From Piromyces finnis finn (taxonomy: Eukaryota; Fungi; Neocallimastigomycota), in assembly GCA_002104945.1 (NCBI GenBank), contig MCFH01000025.1:372001-436000 (forward strand): a DNA stretch of 64,000 nt, given 5' to 3'. Positions 53,586 to 64,000 of the stretch are shown piece by piece. The translations under genes were made by a program, and so were the position numbers. The notes below the pieces were generated by a model. The model was not told the DNA's origin. It was given only the letters and a program-made list of their open reading frames with translations, and made no database searches. Every line of letters starts with the position of its first letter. The first letter of the stretch is position 1.

Positions 53586-54916
53586 TTTCTATATATAACT
53601 AAAATATTACTACAATACAATAGTAATATGATACAATGAAATACCATAAAAATAACATATCCCTTTTCATTATAAATTTAACATTAAATCAACAAATATT
53701 AAAAGAAAGTGATCAACAATATTTTAAAGATATATTTAAAACAAAATATATAACTTAAATTTTTATATTATTATTATTATAAAATTTATCAAATATATAT
53801 ATAAATATATAAATAGATATTCAATGAAATCATATAAACAAAGATTTTTTTTATTGAAAACAAAAAAACAAAAAAACAAAAAAAAAACAAAAAAACGAAA
53901 AACAAAAAAAAAAACAAAAAAAAAAAAACAGAAAAAAAATACATAAAAATATATAATTAAAACTTTTTTTTTTTTAAATAACAATAATAAATAATTAATA
54001 TAAAATAATGAATAATATATTTCTATTTTCATAATAAATCTATACATCTATATATAATAATTTAGTGAAGAAATGAAAAAAAAAATTAATTATTTAACAA
54101 ATATCCAAAAATAAATAAATAAAAAAATAATAAAAATTAATTATAAAGAAATATATTAATATATTATTTATCATTCATTATAAATACACACATATATATT
54201 TAAGATATTAAGTTCAAAAGAAATGAAACAATAGGGAAATTTAAAGTAAGAAAAAAGATCCTATAAGTAAAAACAAAACAAAATAATATTAATAAATCCA
54301 AGATCTCTACAAAAAAACATATAAAAAAACCAAAAAAAATTTAAAAATAGTAAAAAAAACAAACAAAAATAATTTTTATGTACAATTTTATCATTGAATA
54401 AAATATTAATTATTTAATGTAAAATTTTATTTAATGTAAATTTCTAATATATATATTTTTTAAAATAAAAGTAAACTATAAAATATACAATCTATTTTTT
54501 TTTTTTTTTTTCGTAATGTTTAATATGAGGATAAAATATAAAAAAACTGAAAGATACTAAAAAGTAAAAAAAAAAAAAAAAAGAATAAAGTGAATATATT
54601 TGATCAGTAAAGAAAGTATAGGCAGGAATAGATGTATTTTTTTTTATTAAAAAGATATTATATTGGCTGTAAAAAGTAAAAGCTTTAGTAATATTTTTTT
54701 TTCTTAAAATTCTGCAAAGCATTTGTAAAAAAAAAAAAATCTAAAATTGAATCAGAAATTCAGGCTTTTTTTTTTTAAACTCTTAGGTTTATATAGATAA
54801 AGTAGTAATTATGATAAATGTTATTAGGGTTAGTGAAAACTAAAATAATAGTGTTAAATAATATTAATAAATATAATTAATATAATTATTATATATATTG
54901 TTATATTTTTTTTTGA

Positions 54917-55216
<300 letters not shown>

Positions 55217-55889
55217 TTTATAAATTATCATAATTTATAAAAATTTATATAAAAATATTTATTTTTATATTTTTATTTATATATCTATATAAATAGTTCA
55301 TAAAAAAGTAAATTTAAAATTTTAAAATTTTAGTAATTTTAATAATAGTTAAATATTTATATATTTTTATTAGATAAAATTTAAAAGCTAAAAATAAAAT
55401 ACCTTATTTTTTTATTTTTTTTAAAATTATATTATTAATAATTAATATTCTATAAAATGACTATAAAGATTTCTTAAACAATAATTTTAAATGTTAGAAA
55501 ACTGTTACACTTAAAATGTTTACTATTTTATAGTAATTTTTATTATATATATCATACTAAATAAGATAATAAATTCATTCATTTTCAAAAAATTATTATA
55601 TGTCATTAACTAAATATTATGCTAATGCTTATTGTTATTTCATCTATATGAAATAACACTCGTCATTAGTAGGATGTATTTGTAATTATATATATATAAA
55701 ACCAAATACTATATTTGAATTCTTTAAGTGAATGATGTTTTATATCTTTATATAATCTTTATATAATAGAAAAAATTTAAAGGTATTTTTAAATATTTTT
55801 AAATATTGTTTATCTAAAATAATGAAGTCCATGATTATATGAACAATTAAGATTTATAGTAATATTTTAATATGTATATTATTAAAGGA

Positions 55890-55925
<36 letters not shown>

Positions 55926-57933
55926 TATTATTATTATTTTTCATTAAATCAACTATAATATATAATATTTTAAAAAATTTAAAATATTATTATTACCAAT
56001 TATCCCATAAAAAAACATAGAAGTTTAGTTTTGTTTCTGTATTTGTATTGAATAACATTTTGTTATATATACTAATAAAAAAAAATATTTTGTATATATT
56101 TAGAATTTTATATAAAAGTTTGGTTATATTTTTTTTTTAATATTAATTATTGTGTAAAGAACCTATTATAGTAATATTTCAATTGTAATAATGTAATAAC
56201 TATTTTAAATTAATCTACTATTCAATTTCGAAAAAGAAGCAAAAAATGCATTTTATATCCTTTCAATTTTTATTTATGAAGAAGAAAAAATGAAACTAAC
56301 TTAAAATATAAGATATGTATAATTTATTATGTAACTGACTTTTATATATTATGGTTCATTTAAAAAAATTCAAAACTAAAACTTTTTTTTTTATATTATA
56401 TTAAATCATATCACATAATTGAAAAGTTTATTTAAATATAATATATCATTAGTTAAATTTTATTATATAATCGATATAAATATAAAACATTATCTTAAAT
56501 ATAAAGACAAAGGCAAGAAAAATTAAACAGCATAGAATCAATGATCCTTTATTATTATAGAAATGTTTATACTTAAATATATATATAAACAAAATGTATA
56601 TAATATAAAATCAATATATTTAACTTTAATACTTATTCCTATTAAATATTTTACCTTTATTTAAGCCCATTAGATTGTATTATATAATAGTAATAGTGTT
56701 TAATATACAATTAATTATTTATAACAAAATTATCATTTATTTCTATTTAATGCTTTAATTATTAATTTTAAATATTGTTATTTATCTTAAATTAGAAGAT
56801 ATTATGTATATTATTTATATTAAATTATAGTGTGAAATAAATGCAGTATTAAAGGAATCAACTATTATTATGTAAAGTATATATAGTTTAATTGAAGAAC
56901 TTGTGATATTAACATATATTTTAAAATAAAACTATATTAAAAGTTTTGATTGATTCACTAAATGTTTAAATGATTAAAGTAGATCTATTAAAATTCATTT
57001 TAATTTTATAAAAATCGAAAAAAATTAAAATGCTTTTTATTAGGAATATAATAAATAAACATTGTATTTTCCATAAAGTAATTAGATTTCCTGTTTAACG
57101 GAAGTATGGTATAAAAATATTTAAATATAGAATATCATTGTTTTGCTAAAATTCATTAGGAAAGAGAAAAATCTTTGATTAGTACAATTAGAATAATAGA
57201 ATCTTCTAATTAATACATTATTTAATAAAAAGTAAAGAAATAAAATATTACAAATGTATCTAAACCTTATTAATAATGATACCTCTATTATAAATTAAAA
57301 TAAAAATAAAATAAATAGCATTATTATTACTTTTTTTTTACTTTATTTTTTTATTTTTTTTTTTAAAGTATTAATGTTTAAGATTCTTATAGTGTTTTTA
57401 ACTTGAATAAAACTAAACTATAAATGTATATATAATATAGGCATAAACAATTAAACATATATAATAAATGTGCTTAATAAAATGAGAAAAAAATGTATAA
57501 ATATAATAGATAATAGATGTTTTTTACCAATTAAAAGTTTTATCAAATATAGGTGATACAAATCGTTAACCCTTTTTATTTATATATACATATTTATATT
57601 TATAAATAAATATATTATAACACAGTTTCATAAAATATATTATGTATGCTTTTTATAATTTGTTATAGCAAATAATAATAGATGTTATTACTATGTTTAT
57701 ATAAAAATGAAAAAAATTCTTATGAAAATTTTATAAAAAAAGATTGTAAATCGTTACTTGACTAAGCCTATTAATTAGTTAATAATTATATTTATTGTTA
57801 TGATTGTTGTTGCTTTGTCAATATTAACTGTGTTTAAATATTTATAGTCAATGTGGTATGGTATTTATTATTATTCTGAATACTTTATATACTTTTCAAA
57901 ATGGACTTAAGGTAATAGTAATTGAATATAATC

Positions 57934-57965
<32 letters not shown>

Positions 57966-58809
57966 GATGTCTAACAATATGAATTTATATTAAAAACCAT
58001 AATAATATATTCAATTAATATCATATCTTCTTTTTCATGGATTTTATGTAGGAAAGAATTTTAAAAAAACAATTAATAAATTATATAGAAATTGTTCTTA
58101 TAATATTAGTTACAGTATAAGGATATATTCTTTGAATAGAATTATCAGAAAGTTACTAGAATAATTTAGGAATTATGAATTCAAATAAGGTATATATGAT
58201 TAAGTCTTTTTTGATATATAAAAAATGATAAATTTATTTATTAATAATATTATTATTTTAAAATATAAAAAAATATAGAATACAATAATATAATAATAAT
58301 ATAATATAATAATAATAATAATAACAAAAAAAAAAAACAAAACAAAAAAAAAAAAAAACATAATATAAAAATAATTTCGATGTATAAAAATAAATGTCAA
58401 ATTGATTTTTATTAATAATAAAAAAGCAAATAATATATAAGTATTTTGAATATACAAATTTAAAATTTCATTTAATAATGAAATGCTTTTCTTTATAAAT
58501 ATATTTTTATTATTTATGTTATTTATAATAATAGGTTTGCTAAATCCATAAATGAATATGATAGAGTATGATAATATTGTTATCTTTTTTTTCTATATAT
58601 ATATATTTTAAACTATATAATACATATACATATATAATATATAATATATACAATTATAATTTTTTACTTTTATTTTGTATATTTATATGTTTAATAGCTG
58701 GTATAATAAATATTTTCTATCTTATTTTATCTTGATTTTTATATATTTTTATACATATATTCTATATAATTTATATTTTTTTAATACTTAAAGTTGCTTG
58801 TTATTATCT

Positions 58810-60269
58810 TTATTTTTTTTCATCATCTTTATTTTTTATCTGCATTAATGTTTCATTATTATTTAATAGAGATGAATTTATTTCATCTTCTAAATTATTT
58901 GATAATGATTGAGTATTAGAAATACTAGAAAACTCAGGGATTTCATTTAATATTTTTGATAATTCTAAATTTGGGTTAATTAGATCATTACTTAAAGATA
59001 CATTTGAGTTATCATTTAAGATTTTCATTATATTTGATAGTTCTGGTTCAAGATAATTTATGCCATTAATATTATTAGTTGCACTATCAGTAGTTTCAGA
59101 AATATTATTAATATTTTTGATATTAATGTCATTATTATTAGATAAATCAATATTCAAAAGATTTATATTATTATTATTATTTATATCATTATTATCCATT
59201 GTTTGAGAAATATTATTATTTATGGCATCAATTCCAATGTTATCAATATCTAATAAGTTCATATCAAAGTCAATATCTAAATTCATTAAATTTGGATCTA
59301 ATGCATCCAAATTTTCAATATTTTCAAGATTAAATGGTGATAATGAAAAATCACCTGGAGATAATGAAAAGGGTTCATTAGTATTATTTACTGAATCAAA
59401 ATTGAATGCATTATTAAAATTACTATCATTTTCCGAATTTGGATAACTGAAGTCAGTGCTTTTGTTTTGGGCATTAAAAGTAGAATCATTAGAAGAAAAT
59501 ATATTTGAAGCTAAAGAGTATGTCAAATCGTTATTATTTATGTTGTTATCTATGTTAGCACTAATATAATTTCCATTTATTAATTCTTGTTTTCGTTCTT
59601 CCCATTCTTTTTGTGCTTTTTCAAATAATTTTATATGTTTTTCATTTCCATCTTCTTCAATGTCTTCTTCTTTATTATCATTATTTGAATTATACTTTTT
59701 ATGGAGAAAATTTAAACTTTTTTCTTCGTCCTTAAAAAAGTATATAATCAAAAGGAGTAAAGAACAATTATTTAAAATTGATAAATTACTATATTAAACT
59801 TATTTAATTAGTCTTTATTATAATTACCTTTAATTTTTTTAATTTATATTCAATTTCTTTTTTCAATTGTGTAAGTGTTTCATTCTGTATTATCAAATGT
59901 CCCAATATATTGCTGTAATCTTTTTCAATTCTAAATATAATTAAATTTATTAAGTGAAATTTTAAAATTACATTTTAGATTAATTATTGTATTTATATAT
60001 TAAACATTGTAAAAAAATATTATACTTTATTATATTTATATATCTTATCTATATATACAAAATTTTCTCTGCTGGTTTTCTATCTAAGTATATTTGTATA
60101 GTTTTGTAAATATAATAATTTAGATATTGAATGAGGTGATAATTAAAATTTAAAAAGATTGTGGATTATATTCATTACGTGTAATTTTCGAAGGTCTTCC
60201 AATATTAACTGATATATCTTTTTTTTGTAATTCTGGTATTGAATCCGGTTTAAAACAATTATTATTCAT
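58810..60269 (-). CDS. Uncharacterised 379-aa protein: N-terminal helical/coiled-coil segment (SNAPC5-like?) and an Asn/Asp-rich low-complexity tail (exons 60269-60179, 60083-60059, 59930-59828, 59730-58810)
   Basis: Four exons with GT..AG boundaries splice in frame (1,140 nt). The last exon corresponds to the 313-aa ORF in the track. Confidence 0.65.
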
Positions 60270-60829
60270 TTTTCTATTAAATTAATTAAATATTATTAAC
60301 ATATTTTATATATTTTAAATTTTAGGATTAAATGTGAAATTTTGGATTTCAAATTATGCTTTTTTATTTTTTCTTTAATTTTTTTTAAGTTTTATTTTAT
60401 TACAGTTATTGTAATTTTTTTTTTAATATTATTTAACTAATAAAGTTTAATTAATAATAATTTATTCAATTTGAATAGTATATATTTTAATATATAAATG
60501 CATTTTCTTTGAAAAATTATTATTATTAATTAAAAATCAAATTAAAAAAAAACTTATAATAAATTTAGAAATAATAAAAAGTAAATATAATTAAATTAAA
60601 ACAAAAAATAAAATCAAGTAATAAAATCAAAACAATTTAATATATAATCTCAAATTTCAACATATTAGGAATATATATTAAATAAAATAACAACAGTGAA
60701 TAAAGCGAGAAAATATAATTGTTAACAAATTTAGCTTAGCATATTATTTTAAATTGTTATTTTTATTTTTTATTTTTTTTTATTTTATTTTTAAAACAAA
60801 AACCATTAAATTAAAACCTTTAAATTAAA

Positions 60830-61394
60830 ATGAGGTATATGTTTATTTATTTAAAATTATTAATATTACCAAACAACAGTCTTAATGACACTATATTATT
60901 ATACAGTTATAATAGAGGTGGAAATTCTAATGAACAAAATGCTTATTTATTAGAACAAGAAAATGATAGATTAGTCGCTAACGAATTAGCAGGAAAAATT
61001 TCAGCAATTAAAAATGTAATTTTAACAATATTATTAATACATATTAAATATGAAATTAATATTAACTACAAGTCTATTATATAGTTAACAATAAGTATAA
61101 ATGATGAAATGGAAGACCAAAACAGACTATTAAATAATATGGTATTTAAATATTATTATCATAATATTATTATATTATATATCACATTTTAAGTAACTAT
61201 TTATTTTTGTAAAATTTAAAAACAATATTAAGAATGATTCTTTTGATAATGCCAATACAAATTTTTCATCTGTAGCTAGATATTTGGATACTGTTATAAA
61301 AAGCGCAAATAATCGTTCCTGCATATATATAGCTATTGGAATAACAATTATTTTATTAATTGTATTTTATGCAGTTACTTCTAGTCAAAGTTGA
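60830..61394 (+). CDS. BET1: Qc-SNARE Bet1/Sft1-like, multi-exon
   Basis: MS|YNRGG...LLEQENDRLVANELAGKISAIKNLTISINDEMEDQNRLLNNM (SNARE motif) and a C-terminal TM segment CIYIAIGITIILLIVFYAV. Confidence 0.82.
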
Positions 61395-61736
61395 GTTCAA
61401 ATTTTTTTAAACTAATCTACAACAAATAAAATAACTTATTTAAACCTTTTCTCACTATTAAATTATCAATAAATAATAAGTAAATAAATTATTAAAAAAA
61501 TTTAAAATATAGAATAAACTTTAAAAATATAAATTATTAAACAATACAACAAAAAACAACAACATTAAATAAAATACATAACTTAACCCATAATGATTTT
61601 ATAAAAATTAAATATACCATAACCAAATTCGATAATTACATAAACATTTTAAAAATAAATTTATAACCAAATAATTTGGTTTTGCAAAAATTTCACTATG
61701 TTTAAAAAAATTTTAGTGGCTGATTATTTCGATCTG

Positions 61737-61813
61737 ATTGGCTAATCATACACGTGACTATTCACTTTTTATCACAAAGATACTCTAAAAAAATTAATTC
61801 TTTCTCTTTTTCC
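61737..61813 (+). promoter_or_regulatory. Putative RPS4 promoter: reverse CCAAT (ATTGG 61737-61741), E-box CACGTGAC (61751-61758), pyrimidine TCT-like tract (61804-61813)
   Basis: Clustered GC-containing motifs within about 110 bp upstream of the RPS4 ATG in otherwise AT-rich DNA. Confidence 0.4.
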
Positions 61814-61844
61814 ATAGACCATAATTATTTGTTAAATTTGCAAG

Positions 61845-62929
61845 ATGGTATGAAAATGTTATTAATGTTTTTATTATTTTTAATATGAAATGAAAAATGT
61901 AATGTTTAAAATTTTTTTTATTATATTGCTAATGAAAAACTGTTTTATTGCTATGTATTATTATGAATATTAGGCACGTGGTCCAAAACATCATTTAAAG
62001 CGTCTCAATGCCCCATCCCACTGGATGTTAGATAAACTTACTGGTACTTGGGTATATATTGATGATGGATGAACAATCCTATAAAATATAATGTTAAGCT
62101 TTAAAGAGAAATAAATTATTAATATTTACAAATAAATAATAGGCTCCAAAACCAAGTGCTGGTCCACACAAGACTCGTGAATGTTTACCACTTATGGTTT
62201 TCATTCGTAACAGATTAAAGTATGCTTTAACTAAGAAGGAAGTTGTCAGCATCCTCATGCAACGTCTTGTTAAGGTCGATGGTAAGGTCAGAACTGATGC
62301 TACCTACCCAGCCGGTTTCATGGGTAAGAATTAATAAATCATTATAATTATTAAGAAAGTATAGAAATTACGAAATAAAATAAACTAATATAAAAACCAT
62401 TAATTTTATAGATGTCATCACTATCGAAAAGACTGGTGAAAACTTCCGTCTTCTTTTCGATACCAAGGGTCGTTTCACTATCCACAGAATTACCGCTGAA
62501 GAAGCTAAGTACAAGCTCTGCAAGGTCAAGAAGGTTCAACTCGGTGCTAAGGGTGTTCCATACATGGTTACCCACGATGGTCGTACCATCCGTTACCCAG
62601 ATCCTTTAATCAAGGTTAACGATACTGTCAAGCTCGATCTTGAAACCGGTAAGGCTGCTGAATTCATTAAGTTCGAAGCTGGTAACCTTTGCTGTATCAC
62701 TGGTGGACACAACGTCGGTCGTGTTGGTGTTATCACTCACCGTGAACGTCACCAAGGTGGTTTCGATATCATCCACGTTAAGGATTCCCTTGAACGTACT
62801 TTCGCCACCCGTTCCTCCAACGTTTTCGTTATCGGTAACGGTAACCAAACCTGGATTTCTCTTCCAAAGGGTAAGGGTGTCAAGTTAACCATTACTGAAG
62901 AAAGAGACCGCAGAAGACAACAAGCCTAA
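61845..62929 (+). CDS. RPS4: 40S ribosomal protein S4e (first exon is the ATG alone)
   Basis: M|[26 protein letters not shown]|[17 protein letters not shown]...[13 protein letters not shown]...[19 protein letters not shown]. Strongly C-ending codon usage typical of highly expressed genes. Confidence 0.99.
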
Positions 62930-63497
62930 ATGTAAAAATTAATTTTTAAATAAAATTTTACAAAATAAATGATGGTTTTATAAAAAAATTATCGGTCAAT
63001 ACTTTTTTTGTTGAATTGAAATTAATTATTTATATAAATTAGAAATAATTCGAAAACAAACAATCTTTATATTATAATAAAGCAATTATAGAATCAATTT
63101 TTTTTGAAATCGGAGAAGTTATTTGAATATTTTTTTTGAAGGAGTAAAAATACAATAATGGTCAAAATTAGTAAAAAAAAAGAGGATGTTGAGTTCGAAT
63201 TGTGGAAATTATAAAAATTAGCATATTGAGGATTATCATAAATAATTTATATATATATAATATTTGTAGCGAGGATATAAATAGTATTTTTTAATATAAT
63301 CATAGTTTAAATCGAAGTAAAATTGTATTTTAATTAAAGGATGTTTCTTTGTATTTATTTTAAGAAATAAATGTGTAGTAAAGTATCTTGATAATAATTT
63401 TAAATTTGTAATAAAGGTTTTAAAGTATTTATTGCAGTTAAAAAAAAGTAATTAAAATAGATTTAAAAGTAGTATAATAATAAAGTTTAAAATATTT

Positions 63498-63792
63498 GAC
63501 CCTCTTGGGAACGTGCCTTCATTTATTTAATAAATGTAGTTTCTCAAGGGGGTCTACTCATGCTCATGGTACTGAGAGAGTAGAAAGAATTAAATCCAAG
63601 TATTGCGCAATGGATGCTTGGTGCCCTCTTAGGAATGTGCCTTCATTTATTTAATAAATGTAATTTCTCAAGGGGGTCTACTCATGCTCATGGTACTGAG
63701 AGAGTAGAAAGAATTAAATCCAAGCATTGCGCAATGGATGCTTGGTTAGTCTTCAAGGGAAAATTATTAGGACTAAGCTCATGGTACTGAGC
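63498..63792. repeat. Structured tandem repeat: 2 x 124 bp (4 substitutions) plus a partial third copy, composed of multiple hairpins
   Basis: Units start at 63500 and 63624. Hairpins gaccctcttgggaa/ttctcaagggggtc, ctactc/gagtag enclosing ctca-tggtac-tgag, and ccaagc...gcttgg around attgcgcaat. A third gctca-tggtac-tgagc hairpin lies at 63777-63792. Confidence 0.9.
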
Positions 63793-64000
63793 GATTAAAA
63801 AACATTTTATTCATCAAATTTAAGTATTTGATGAATAAGTGAATGTTTGATTTTTCAGGTAAGTTTGTATAGTATTTAATTAGAAGAGTAATACATTTTG
63901 TTGCTGTATTTTTTCTTTTATTCATGTATTCATGTAGTACTACTCTTCTCTTGTAAGAATCCAATGTAGTCAACTTTAGCATTTGCATTGTACTTTTATA
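63779..64000 (-). other. 3' end of an unidentified ORF open to the window edge (possible mobile-element protein)
   Basis: YKSTMQMLKLTTLDSYKRRVVLHEYMNKRK...KYLNLMNKMFFNRSVP* has no stop up to position 64000. Its TGA lies inside the terminal hairpin. Confidence 0.35.

Noticed and set aside
62351-62888. Alternative-frame and antisense ORFs over RPS4
   Set aside because: By-products of the biased, stop-poor codon usage of a highly expressed gene.
63181-63205. B-box-like GTTCGAAT suggesting a tRNA or SINE
   Set aside because: No cloverleaf stems and no convincing A-box.
63498-63747. Hammerhead, HDV-like, hairpin-ribozyme, SECIS or IRE identity for the structured repeat
   Set aside because: No CUGANGA core (CTGAGAG mismatches), no P1.1/P3 HDV topology, loop B consensus not met, no properly spaced AUGA/AA/GA, and the loop is not CAGUGN.
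63498-63792. CRISPR-like array
   Set aside because: Adjacent 124-bp tandem units with no unique spacers; eukaryotic context and no cas genes.

Overview
Extremely AT-rich, intron-rich eukaryotic DNA. The short GT-AG introns, poly(A)/poly(T) and (AAT)n tracts, and retention of tubby and RAB3GAP2 genes fit an early-diverging zoosporic fungus, most likely an anaerobic gut fungus (Neocallimastigomycota); this is an inference from composition and gene content. About 14 spliced protein-coding genes were reconstructed by hand: ATE1 (-), a small RGG protein (+), a Cys/Pro-rich single-pass membrane protein (-), RAB3GAP2 (+), a giant coiled-coil protein read in frame into a CDC7 kinase (+), a myristoylated TLDc protein (+), a tubby-like protein (-), alanine aminotransferase (-), GET4 (+), MEX67/NXF1 (+), an atypical G-protein alpha subunit (+), an unknown low-complexity protein with a SNAPC5-like helix (-), BET1 (+) and RPS4 (+). 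No tRNA, rRNA or CRISPR array was recognised. The most unusual signals are: (1) the predicted ~2,490-aa coiled-coil-CDC7 fusion; (2) a GC-enriched 124-bp tandem repeat built from three hairpins at the right edge, abutting the stop codon of an ORF that runs off the window; (3) a G-alpha with substitutions in several G-box motifs and at the RGS-contact glycine. All family calls come from recalled motifs; no database searches were run.
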